Shown here: positions 1-9,114 of the stretch, piece after piece
Numbering within the stretch: position 1 is the first letter of the stretch
How the letters are laid out: each line of letters begins with the position of its first letter
DNA from: Candidatus Eiseniibacteriota bacterium
GTDB lineage: Bacteria > Eisenbacteria > RBG-16-71-46
Length of the DNA: 64,000 bases
NCBI GenBank assembly: GCA_963707915.1
Contig: OY970178.1
Span: 3,072,001-3,136,000 of the forward strand
Direction of reading: 5' to 3'
Notes under the pieces: model-generated
Seen by the model: the letters and a program-made list of their open reading frames with translations, nothing else
Databases searched by the model: none
Told to the model about the DNA's origin: nothing
Program-made: the position numbers and the translations under genes

Positions 1-1
1 G

Positions 2-964
2 GCCCACCCGATCACCCAGAACAGCAGCTTCTTCTTCAACTACGGGCAGTTCACGCAGAACCCCTCATACCGCTACGTCTACTCCCGGCTCACCTCGATC
101 TCGAGCGAGTCGTTCCCGCTGCTGGGCAACCCCAATCTCAACCCGCAGGTCTCGGTCAACTACGAACTCGGCGCCAAGCACATGTTCCTGCCCACCGCCG
201 CCGCCAACCTGACCTTCTTCGTGAAGGACACCTACGACTACCCGACCGCGACGCTGTTCACCGGCGGCGAGGCCGCCGCGGGGCAGTCCCCGACGCCGGT
301 CTTCGTCTACCTGAACGGCCACTTCGCCCGCTCGCGCGGGTTCGAGCTCGAGATCGAGAAGCGGCGCAGCCACTACTGGTCGGGCAAGATCATCTACACC
401 TACCAGCAGACCAAGGGGAAGAGCAGCGACGCCAACGAGCAGAAGGTCGTCCAGGAGAACGGCGGGAACGCCTCCGACACCCGCCTCTCCGAGACCTTCG
501 TTTCCTGGAACCGGCCCCACAAGCTCGCGGTGGTGTTCGACGCGCGCTTCGACAAGACGGCCCCGCTGGCCTGGATCAAGGAGAGCGGGATCAACATCTA
601 CGTCCAGGGCGCCTCCGGGCGGGCCTACACGCCGCAGAACCCGCTCACCAGCCAGGCGGGCGAGCCCAACTCGAAGAACGGGCCCTTCCAGGTCACCACC
701 GACCTGCGCCTGAACCGGTCAGTGCGCGTGCTCTCGAAGCGGCTCGACTTCAGCGTGGTCGGGATCAACATCTTCAGCACCCACATCATCAACCGCATCG
801 ACCCCGTGACCGGCAAGGGCCGGGTCTGGGGCGTGGGCTCGTACGACCCGCTCCTCTACCCGATGACGAGGGGCAACTACTACCTCAAGACTTCCGCCGT
901 CGACGATCCGTCCAACTACGGCGACGGCGTCCAGTGGAGATTCTCGCTCGACTATGACTTCTGA
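2..964 (+). CDS. TonB-dependent outer membrane receptor, C-terminal part (5' truncated by window)
   Basis: Frame is open from base 2 (AHPITQNSSFFFNYGQFTQNP...LGNPNLNPQVSVNYELG); NPxL motif, amphipathic strands, C-terminal YDF. Confidence 0.9.
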   Translation, partial: AHPITQNSSFFFNYGQFTQNPSYRYVYSRLTSISSESFPLLGNPNLNPQVSVNYELGAKHMFLPTAAANLTFFVKDTYDYPTATLFTGGEAAAGQSPTPVFVYLNGHFARSRGFELEIEKRRSHYWSGKIIYTYQQTKGKSSDANEQKVVQENGGNASDTRLSETFVSWNRPHKLAVVFDARFDKTAPLAWIKESGINIYVQGASGRAYTPQNPLTSQAGEPNSKNGPFQVTTDLRLNRSVRVLSKRLDFSVVGINIFSTHIINRIDPVTGKGRVWGVGSYDPLLYPMTRGNYYLKTSAVDDPSNYGDGVQWRFSLDYDF

Positions 965-1961
965 CCTGAGAAGAGCCGCCTCGGCGATGGCACTGGCGGG
1001 CCTCCTGCTCAGCGCAGGGGTCGCCCACGCGCAGTTCGACCTGGGCAGCCAGCGTGCCGGCACGTCGTCGGGAGCGTTCCTGAAGATCGGCGTCGGGGCG
1101 CGTGCCGTCGGCATGGGCGAGGCGTTCGTCGCGGTGGCGAACGACCCGTCGACCATCGCCTGGAACCCGGCCGGGCTCGCGTCGATCCTCCGCAAGGAGG
1201 TGCAGTTCTCGCACGTGGCGTGGCCGGCCGACATCAACTACGACATGCTCATCTGCGTGCTGCCGTCGCGCCGCCTCGGCGGCTCGGTCGCCTTCCAGGT
1301 GGGCATGCTCGGGACCCGGATCGACGAGACCGACGAGTACCACCCGTTCGGCACCGGGACCACCTTCTCGTACAGCGACTTCGTGGTGGGAGCGGCCTAC
1401 GGGCGGCGCTGGACCGACAAGCTCCTCATCGGCGCGGGCATCAAGTACGTGCGCGAGGACCTCGGCTCGCAGGTCGGCGGCCCGGTCACGACCTCCACCC
1501 TGGTGGACCTCGGCTCGATCTACTACCTCGGCTACGGCAGCGTGCGGATCGCGACCTCGCTCAGCAACTTCGGGGCGGAGATGACCCCGTCGGGCTCGTA
1601 CACCTCGCCCTACTCGCAGGAGAAGCGCAACTACGACGGCTTCGACCCGCCCATCCAGTTCCGCTACGGGCTCGCGTTCGAGGCGCTTGAGACGCCGCAG
1701 CAGCGGCTCACGGTCTCGACCGAGATCCTGCAGCCCGCCGACAACTCCCAGCGCATCAAGACCGGGCTCGAGTGGGTCTGGCAGCGGCGCTACGCGCTCC
1801 GCACCGGATACAACTTCAACGCCGACGTCATGAAGTTCTCCGCCGGGCTCGGGCTCTCGCTGCCGTTGATGGGCGTGTCGCAGGGCGCGTTCGACTACAC
1901 CTTCACCGACGGCGGCCCGCTGGGCAGCGTGCACCGCATGTCGCTGGGACTGAGGTTCTGA
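954..1961 (+). CDS. PorV/PorQ-family outer membrane beta-barrel
   Basis: Signal peptide; FLKIGVGARAVGMGEAFVAVANDPSTIAWNPAGL signature; C-terminal HRMSLGLRF. Confidence 0.9.
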   Translation: MTSDLRRAASAMALAGLLLSAGVAHAQFDLGSQRAGTSSGAFLKIGVGARAVGMGEAFVAVANDPSTIAWNPAGLASILRKEVQFSHVAWPADINYDMLICVLPSRRLGGSVAFQVGMLGTRIDETDEYHPFGTGTTFSYSDFVVGAAYGRRWTDKLLIGAGIKYVREDLGSQVGGPVTTSTLVDLGSIYYLGYGSVRIATSLSNFGAEMTPSGSYTSPYSQEKRNYDGFDPPIQFRYGLAFEALETPQQRLTVSTEILQPADNSQRIKTGLEWVWQRRYALRTGYNFNADVMKFSAGLGLSLPLMGVSQGAFDYTFTDGGPLGSVHRMSLGLRF

Positions 1962-3175
1962 TGGGCGCCCGCGCACGCATCCGGCCGGTCCTCGTCCTGC
2001 TCGCGGCGGCCGCCCTCGCGGTCCTCGCCGGCGGCTGCGGCACGTCGTACCGGCTGCCCACCGAGGTCCGCGGGACCGCCAACACCGCGGGGCAGGGCAC
2101 CTACCAGCGCATCGCCACCTGGCGGAACATGGTGGACGTCCAGGACGTGCTGCTCACCCCGGGCGGCGAGTTGTTCATGGTGTTCCAGAACGCCTCGACC
2201 GGGCGCGGCGAGGTGCGCCAGTATCCGCAATCGAGTCCGACGCCGCTCTCGGCGAATTTCCCCGGGTTGCTCAATCCCACCGCCATCTGTTCCGGCGGCA
2301 ACCGGATCTTCGTGCTCGACCAGGGGGACAGCAGCGCTGCGCGCACGCTGTTCACCGGCGGCGACAGCACCCAGTACATCTCCGAGTACGACGCGGACGT
2401 GAACCGGCTCCTCATGCCCCTGAACGGGTTCCGGCGCCCGATCGCGAACCTCGCGTCCTACTGGCACGTGCGCGAGTACCTGCTCGACGGGACCCCGGTC
2501 AGCAGCTTCAGCGACACGAATTTCGCGTGGGTCAGCGGGATCGCCGCCGACGACCAGGGACGCGTGTACGTCTCGGGCATCATCCACTACGGTCGCATCG
2601 ACCCGTACAGCAGCATCGTCCGCACGCTCGAATACCGCTACCGCATCCGGCGCTACGAGCGGGGGACCGGTGACCGCTTCGTCGTCACGGACCTGGGCGC
2701 GATCCCGGGGAACGACCTGACGTCATGGCGACGCGACGCGACCTACGTGCTGCTCGACGGCAGCGGATTCGGCTCGTCGAAGGACCCGCGCGGGATGCAG
2801 TGGGCCGCGCCGCAGGGGCCGGCGCTCTACTTCGCCGACCTGGGGAACAACCAGGTGCAGCGTTTCGGCGATCCGATCGGCGGCCCCTCATCGTTCAAAC
2901 TCGATATCGGCGGCGCGGGCCCCGACAGCATGCTGCTCTCGGCCCCGACCGACGTGGCCGTGGACTCCGCGGGCTACGTCTACGTGGCCGATGCCGGGAA
3001 CCTGCGGGTGTTGCGTTACGACTCCGACGGCCGGTTCGTGCAGCGCGTGGACTGGAACGTGGGAGAGGTCCGGGACCCGCTGAGCCGCCCGGTGGCGGTC
3101 GCGGCGGACAACCGGCAGGTGTACATCGCCGATCGTGGTGCCGGCCAGGTGCTGCGTTTCCGGAGGCGGGATTGA
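1961..3175 (+). CDS. NHL-repeat beta-propeller lipoprotein
   Basis: ATG overlaps upstream TGA (TGATG); lipobox-like LAGGC; repeats PTDVAVDSAGYVYVADAGNLRV and PVAVAADNRQVYIAD. Confidence 0.8.
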   Translation: MGARARIRPVLVLLAAAALAVLAGGCGTSYRLPTEVRGTANTAGQGTYQRIATWRNMVDVQDVLLTPGGELFMVFQNASTGRGEVRQYPQSSPTPLSANFPGLLNPTAICSGGNRIFVLDQGDSSAARTLFTGGDSTQYISEYDADVNRLLMPLNGFRRPIANLASYWHVREYLLDGTPVSSFSDTNFAWVSGIAADDQGRVYVSGIIHYGRIDPYSSIVRTLEYRYRIRRYERGTGDRFVVTDLGAIPGNDLTSWRRDATYVLLDGSGFGSSKDPRGMQWAAPQGPALYFADLGNNQVQRFGDPIGGPSSFKLDIGGAGPDSMLLSAPTDVAVDSAGYVYVADAGNLRVLRYDSDGRFVQRVDWNVGEVRDPLSRPVAVAADNRQVYIADRGAGQVLRFRRRD

Positions 3176-5199
3176 GAAGGTACCTGAGTCTGGTGGCGGT
3201 CCTGTTACTCTGGGCTGGTGTGGCAGCGGCGGCCTCCCCGATCGATCATGAGGCCGTGCCGACCGGCATCGCCGCGCCCGCGCGCGACATCCCCGACACC
3301 GCCCGGTTCGACCAGGAGATCCAGGCCGGCAACGCGATCGCGATGACCCTGACCAACTACGGGTTCTACGGCAACAACTTCTTCCGCCGTGACGCGTCCT
3401 TGGAGTACCCGGCCAACCGCGGCTACGAGCACCTGGTGCGCGGCGGTCTCTGGGTCGGCGGGCAGGCCACCGACCAGTTCGGCGAATTCGTCGGCGTGAC
3501 CTGCGGCGCCCAGGACGCGGCCCAGGGGCCCAACAGCACCAACGCGAGCGAGTTCACGCCGGCCGGGCTGGACATCCTCAAGCGTTCCACCCTGCGCACC
3601 AGCCAGTACTACGATCCGCTGCGGGCGGTGAGCGAGTTGGATTTCGTCGCCAAGTTCAACGACTTCGCGCCCGTCCAGGTGGCCGACGCGGAGCGCCACC
3701 GCCCCATGAGCATCGAAGTCGTCCAGGAAACCTACCAGTGGAACTTCGCGGAGTTCGCGAACATCCTCTTCGTGCACCTCAAGGTGACCAACCGCGGACC
3801 GCTGCTCAAGAACCTGTGGGTCGGCATCTACACGGAGTTGGCGAGCGGTTGCAAGAAGTGCTACGTGAACTGGCCGCCGGGCGCGAGCGATGCGAGCGGC
3901 CTGGGCTCCTGGTACGACAAGAAGTGGATCGCCTTCGACGACTCGCTGTCGCTCCTGCGCGAGCATTACTGCCAGATGTTCTCCCAGCCGCCCACCCCGC
4001 CGACCGACGGCTGCCGTCTCGACATCGCGCCCTACTGGATCGGCGTCAAGTACCTGGGCACCCGCGGCCTGGTCGAGGACACCACCACCCGCCGGATCTC
4101 GTTCTCGGCGTGGAGTTGGACCGTTGGCAGCCCGTTCCGCGACGAGGACACCGAGCGCTACGCGCTCATGAGCACCGGGCTCATCCAGCCGACCAACGGG
4201 GACACCCTGCTGCCCGTCAGCGGTGACCCCGTCGAGATCTTCTCGACCGGGCCGTTCCCGCTGGTCTACCGTGACAGCACGGTCGAAGCGGACTTCGCCT
4301 TCGTCGGCGGGCCGGACCCGGTGACCAACCTCCAGCTCAACGCGAAGTTCGCCCAGTTCGCTTACGACAACCACTACGTCCTGCCGGTCCCGCCGCCCTC
4401 GCCGCGCTTCCGGGTCGTCGCGCGCGACACCGCGCTCGACTTCTACTGGGACAACGAGTCGGAGAACGCGTACGACGTGACCAGCCAGCCGCCCAACGAC
4501 TTCGAGGGGTACAGGCTGTACGTCGGCGAGGACCCGGACACCATGGCGATGGTCGCCCAGTTCGACGTCAAGGGCGACACCGCGAGTTTCAACACCGGGT
4601 TCGACGCGGTGAAGCTGACGACCCCGGTGCAGATCGACTCGGTGACCGCCCGGTACAAGTTCACCGTCAGCGGGCTGCGGAACGGGTTCAAGTATTACGC
4701 CGCCGTGACCGCCTTCGACCTCGGGAACGCCACGATCCGCTCGCTCGAGAGCGGCAAGTCCCAGAACCAGCGCATCGCCGTGCCGGGACCGCAGGCCGGC
4801 GAGCGCGCCGACGACGTGCCGACGGTGTTCCCGAATCCCTACCGGGTCGAGGCCCGCTGGGACCAGGGGCGGAACGTGCGCGACCACTACCTGTGGTTCG
4901 CGAACCTGCCCGAGAAGTGCACGATCCGGATCTACACGCTCGCCGGCGACCTGCTCATCGAGAAGGAGTTCGACGGCACCACCTACCACGGCGAGGGGAC
5001 CCGCGGCGTCTACGACCCCGCCACCTCGCTCGGCAAGCCGACGCTCTCGGGCGCGACGTTCGGCTGGGACCTGATCACGCGGCAGGGGCAGGCCATCGCG
5101 ACCGGGCTCTACATGTACTCGGTGGAGGACCACGGGCCCGGCAAGAAGCGCCACGTCGGCAAGTTCCTGGTGATCAAGTCCGACCGGGAGGGGCAGTAG
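3172..5199 (+). CDS. Secreted protein with FN3-like region and C-terminal T9SS-like/FlgD-Ig sorting domain
   Basis: TTG start overlapping upstream stop; signal peptide; DFEGYRLY; VFPNPY...IRIYTLAGDL...WDLITRQGQAIATGLYMY...GKFLVIK. Confidence 0.8.
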   Translation: MRRYLSLVAVLLLWAGVAAAASPIDHEAVPTGIAAPARDIPDTARFDQEIQAGNAIAMTLTNYGFYGNNFFRRDASLEYPANRGYEHLVRGGLWVGGQATDQFGEFVGVTCGAQDAAQGPNSTNASEFTPAGLDILKRSTLRTSQYYDPLRAVSELDFVAKFNDFAPVQVADAERHRPMSIEVVQETYQWNFAEFANILFVHLKVTNRGPLLKNLWVGIYTELASGCKKCYVNWPPGASDASGLGSWYDKKWIAFDDSLSLLREHYCQMFSQPPTPPTDGCRLDIAPYWIGVKYLGTRGLVEDTTTRRISFSAWSWTVGSPFRDEDTERYALMSTGLIQPTNGDTLLPVSGDPVEIFSTGPFPLVYRDSTVEADFAFVGGPDPVTNLQLNAKFAQFAYDNHYVLPVPPPSPRFRVVARDTALDFYWDNESENAYDVTSQPPNDFEGYRLYVGEDPDTMAMVAQFDVKGDTASFNTGFDAVKLTTPVQIDSVTARYKFTVSGLRNGFKYYAAVTAFDLGNATIRSLESGKSQNQRIAVPGPQAGERADDVPTVFPNPYRVEARWDQGRNVRDHYLWFANLPEKCTIRIYTLAGDLLIEKEFDGTTYHGEGTRGVYDPATSLGKPTLSGATFGWDLITRQGQAIATGLYMYSVEDHGPGKKRHVGKFLVIKSDREGQ

Positions 5200-5201
5200 C
5201 C

Positions 5202-6716
5202 ATGCGCGCGCGCGGGATCCTGGCTGCGATGATCGTGGTCGCCGCGGCCGTCGGCCTGCTGGCCGGCTGCTCGAAGAAGCTGCGCCCGATCCAGAACATC
5301 CCCCCCGAGACCTACGTCTTCATCCAGGGGCCGGTCGACACCGTGAACCACCGGGTGCACCTGTACTGGTACGGCACCGACGCCGACGGCAACGTCGCCT
5401 CCTACGAGTTCCGCTGGGTCTACCCGCTGCCGGCCTCGCAGGACCCCGCGTGGGTCGAGATCAAGCCCGATGGCGGCGCGCTGCGCACCGACTCGATGTT
5501 CACGATGGTCACCGGCGGCGGCCCGGGGGACAGCGTGGTCGTGGTGATGCCGCGCTTCGAGATCCGGGCGGTCGACAACGAGGGCGCGCGCGACCCGGAC
5601 CCCGCGGTGGAGACGTTCGGCCTCAGGAACCGGCCCCCGGTGGTGCGGATCCTCAACCCGCTGGGCACCCGGGACTCGACCTACGCCTCCGCCACCGTGA
5701 GCTGGGAGACCACCGACCTGGACGGCGGCGGGCCGGGCCTCCACTACCGGGTCTGGCTGGACGGCAACGAGGCGTCGTACGACTCGACGACCGACCAGAC
5801 CTACACCGTGCCGAGTTCCTTGTTCATCCAGGACGGCTCGTACCGGTCCGGCATTCGCACGCTCTACGTGCAGGCCGTGGACGACGGAGGCTTCCGCGGC
5901 GCGCCGGCGGTGATGACCTGGTACGTGCGTTCTCCGGGGGCGAATCCCGAGAACAACCAGGGCCGGCTGCTCGTCATCGACGACGTGCCGAGCAACGGGG
6001 CGAACAACTCGGCGCTCGACTCGCTCTACCGGAACGTCGCCAGCCTGCTCCCGGCCGGCACCTACGACGTGCTGCGGCCGCAGTTCAATCCCAACATCTT
6101 CCGCAGCGGACGCGACGTCGCCCAGACCTTCCGCCAGTTCAAGGCGGTGCTCTGGTACCGCGGCCTCGAGATCTCGGTCGCGCCGCTGATCCGGACCTAC
6201 CAGGACAGCATCGGCGGCTACCTGGACGCGGGGGGGAACCTCTACCTGGACGGCCTCTACCTGGTCCAGGGCCTGCTCACTCCGGGCGCCCTGCGCGAGG
6301 ACTTCCTCAGCCGCCACATGGGCGACACCCGGTTCCTCAATTGTTACGCCCAGATCGGCGCCGGGGCCTTCGACTCGACGGCGGGTTGGGGCACGCGCGC
6401 CGGGTACTTCCGGTCCTCGCGCTACGCCGAGGTGTTCCGCTCGATCTCGACCTCCGCCAAGATGTCGGACTCGACCGGAGGCGTCCGGGGGTTCGTCGTC
6501 AGCGACACCAGCAACGTGGCGCTCTGGGGGATGGAGAACACGATGGCCCCCCCCAACCGCGGCTTCGAAGTGGCTGTCGGGGTTGCTTTTGACCAGCCCG
6601 GTGGCGGCCGCCTGGCCATGCTGACCGTGCCGGTCCGGATGGCCCCCGTGCCGCAGGCCTCGAACATCCTGCGTCGCATTCTGCACGAGTTCGGGATCGG
6701 CGTCCCGCTGCCCTGA
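5202..6716 (+). CDS. Lipoprotein with Ig/FN3-like domains and C-terminal alpha/beta domain
   Basis: Lipobox LAGC; PPET...WYGTDADG...FEIRAVDNEGARDPDPA; LLVIDD...YLDAGGNLYLDG. Confidence 0.75.
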   Translation: MRARGILAAMIVVAAAVGLLAGCSKKLRPIQNIPPETYVFIQGPVDTVNHRVHLYWYGTDADGNVASYEFRWVYPLPASQDPAWVEIKPDGGALRTDSMFTMVTGGGPGDSVVVVMPRFEIRAVDNEGARDPDPAVETFGLRNRPPVVRILNPLGTRDSTYASATVSWETTDLDGGGPGLHYRVWLDGNEASYDSTTDQTYTVPSSLFIQDGSYRSGIRTLYVQAVDDGGFRGAPAVMTWYVRSPGANPENNQGRLLVIDDVPSNGANNSALDSLYRNVASLLPAGTYDVLRPQFNPNIFRSGRDVAQTFRQFKAVLWYRGLEISVAPLIRTYQDSIGGYLDAGGNLYLDGLYLVQGLLTPGALREDFLSRHMGDTRFLNCYAQIGAGAFDSTAGWGTRAGYFRSSRYAEVFRSISTSAKMSDSTGGVRGFVVSDTSNVALWGMENTMAPPNRGFEVAVGVAFDQPGGGRLAMLTVPVRMAPVPQASNILRRILHEFGIGVPLP

Positions 6717-6761
6717 GCCGCCGGGCATGGGCCTTGCGCGGCTCCGGCGACCCCTTTTCGG

Positions 6762-6789
6762 TTGAGTCCTGCCGCCCCGGTGGTATAGT
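6762..6789 (+). promoter_or_regulatory. sigma70-type promoter
   Basis: TTGAGT-16 nt-TATAGT with extended TG. Confidence 0.55.
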
Positions 6790-6975
6790 TATCCTATTCC
6801 TTGCGGCCGGTCCGGGAGGCGCCACCGAGCGTAGCTGCGTGCGGGGGCTTCCGGAGCAGCCGGAGTGAGGACTCGCACCCTCGGGCTGACACCTGCTGGA
6901 GGAGGTACACCGACCGCGAAGTAGTCCCTGCCTCCCAACACCTCGACCCATGCACCAGGAAAGAGAGGAGTCACA

Positions 6976-9042
6976 ATGAGTCGGCTTGTTAGCACGTTGT
7001 TCGCCGTAGCGCTCCTGGCTTCCGTCGCCTCCACCGCCTTCGCCGCGGACAAGTATCCCCCGGGGCCCGCCTACCGCTCCTGCCCCGACAGCGTGACCCT
7101 GTTCCAGGTCCAGCAGGCGGACACCACGCTGAACCCCTGCTACCCCGCCATCGGCGACACGGTCCAGGGTCTCCGCGGCATCATCACCGGCTTCCGGCTC
7201 CGCTCCACCGGCCGCATCTACTTCGAGAAGGCCGACGCCTCCGACTACAACGCGCTGCAGGTCTACACCGTCGGTCACACCGAGAGCCAGGGCTTCGCGC
7301 TCGGTGACGAGATCTCGGTCACCGGTCTCTCGCAGGCCTACCAGGGCGAGAGCCAGCTCCAGGGCGCGCTCGGCACCTCGCTGACCGTGCGCAAGATCAG
7401 CAGCGGCAATCCGCTCCCGGCCGCCCGCATTGGCACCACGACCACCTTCAAGTGGGCTCCGGCCGTGGGCGCGGGCAGCGCGTTCGCGACCTGCAACCCG
7501 GCGGAAGGCATGTTCGTCCGGGTCAACGGCCCGCTCACGGTCGCTCGCACGCAGGCCGGCGCCGGCCTCTTCAACCTCACCAACTGGCTGCTGGTCAACG
7601 CCAACGGCAGCGCCCCCGGCGACAGCCTCCTGATCGACGGCTACACGCTGCCGATCCTCAACATCAACGCCCCGCCGCTGGGCGCGCAGGTCGACTGGGT
7701 GCAGGGCATCCTGCGCCGCGCCACCAACAACGGCGTCGACTGCTGGATCCTCTCGCTGCGCGACGTGAACGACCAGCAGGTCGCGGCTCCGCCGAGCCTG
7801 TCGGAGGCCTACCCGGTCGCCGAGAACGTCATCCGCCTGCTGTTCGACAAGAACCTCGACCTGGCGACCGCCCAGGACCCGCTCAACTACACGCTGGGCT
7901 CGGCGCTGAGCGGCTCTGAAGTGACGAGCGCCGTGCTGGTCGGCGGGGCGGGAAGCGCCGTTGACCTGACCATCACGGAAGTCCTGCCGCGTCTCACGTA
8001 CGAGACCATCCAGTCCAGCGGCATCGGCTCGGCGACCTGCCCGACCTGCGTCTCTGCGCAGCAGTCGCTGGGCTTCACGCTGGGCATCGTCTCCTGCGCC
8101 GAGGTCCAGGCGCCGCTGGCGGACTCGCTCGCCGGCGTGCCGTGCCTCGACAAGTCGCGCTTCGCGGCCGGCGGCTCGAGCTGGGGCGCGCGGCTCACCG
8201 TGCGCGGCGTGTTCGTGAAGCAGTACGGCACGCTCTACTTCATGGAGGATGCGGCGGGCGGACAGCGCAGTGGCGTCGCCGCCTACAACGTGCCCTTCGG
8301 CATGACGGTCGGCCACCAGTACCTGCTGGCCTGCCGCGTGCAGGAGTTCTACGGGATGACCGAGCTGTCCAACCCCGCCGGCCTGATCGACGAGGGCGTG
8401 GTCGCGGTCCCGGCGCCGCAGCTTCAGACCGTGGGCGTGCTCAACAGCGCGGCCTGCGATCCGACGCAGACCATCACCAACGCCGAGGACTACGAGGGCG
8501 TGCTGGTGCGGGTCGAGAACGTCAAGGTCGTGCCGTTCAACACCGACCCGGTGCTGCCGTCGCAGGGTGGCTCGTTCCGCGTCGTCGCTCTGCCGGCCCT
8601 GGCCGACACGATCCTGGTGTCGAGCCTTGGCAACACCTACCCTGACTTCACGCCGGTCGTGAACCAGCTGCTGAACATCAACGGCGTGCTGAACATCGAC
8701 ACCGACGTGCCCCGCATCCTGCCGCGCAGCAGTGCGGACATCACCGTCCTGGGCATGCTGGGCGTGCCGGGGACCTCGGCCCCGACCAAGGTCACGTTCT
8801 CGGTCGGTCCGAACCCGGCTCGCGTCGCCAACATCCGCTTCGCGCTGCCGAAGCAGGCTGAAGTCGACCTGTCGGTCTTCGACCTGTCGGGCCGCAAGAT
8901 CGTCACGCTGGCGAAGGGCTCGATGGCCGCGAAGTCGTACGAGTACAAGTGGGACGGCTCCGGCGCCGGCGCCGGTGTCTACTTCGTCCGCCTGCGGGTC
9001 GGTTCGGAGACGTACAACCTCCGCACCGTCACGCTGAAGTAA
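6976..9042 (+). CDS. Secreted OB-fold/Ig-like protein with T9SS-like CTD (copy 1)
   Basis: RBS GAGGAG; signal peptide; OB-fold-like motifs GDEISVTG..QAYQGESQL, VQEFYGMTEL, EDYEGVLVRVENV; CTD PNP...VFDLSGRKI..L...WDG...GVYFVRL. Confidence 0.8.
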   Translation: MSRLVSTLFAVALLASVASTAFAADKYPPGPAYRSCPDSVTLFQVQQADTTLNPCYPAIGDTVQGLRGIITGFRLRSTGRIYFEKADASDYNALQVYTVGHTESQGFALGDEISVTGLSQAYQGESQLQGALGTSLTVRKISSGNPLPAARIGTTTTFKWAPAVGAGSAFATCNPAEGMFVRVNGPLTVARTQAGAGLFNLTNWLLVNANGSAPGDSLLIDGYTLPILNINAPPLGAQVDWVQGILRRATNNGVDCWILSLRDVNDQQVAAPPSLSEAYPVAENVIRLLFDKNLDLATAQDPLNYTLGSALSGSEVTSAVLVGGAGSAVDLTITEVLPRLTYETIQSSGIGSATCPTCVSAQQSLGFTLGIVSCAEVQAPLADSLAGVPCLDKSRFAAGGSSWGARLTVRGVFVKQYGTLYFMEDAAGGQRSGVAAYNVPFGMTVGHQYLLACRVQEFYGMTELSNPAGLIDEGVVAVPAPQLQTVGVLNSAACDPTQTITNAEDYEGVLVRVENVKVVPFNTDPVLPSQGGSFRVVALPALADTILVSSLGNTYPDFTPVVNQLLNINGVLNIDTDVPRILPRSSADITVLGMLGVPGTSAPTKVTFSVGPNPARVANIRFALPKQAEVDLSVFDLSGRKIVTLAKGSMAAKSYEYKWDGSGAGAGVYFVRLRVGSETYNLRTVTLK

Positions 9043-9063
9043 CCGCAGTCCGAGTCACCCGCG

Positions 9064-9091
9064 CGGCCGGGCCTCTTCGGAGGCCCGGCCG
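9064..9091 (+). terminator. Hairpin/terminator with cUUCGg loop
   Basis: CGGCCGGGCCTC-TTCG-GAGGCCCGGCCG; weak U-tract. Confidence 0.7.
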
Positions 9092-9114
9092 TCGGTTCTT
9101 GGGGGAGGAGCACG

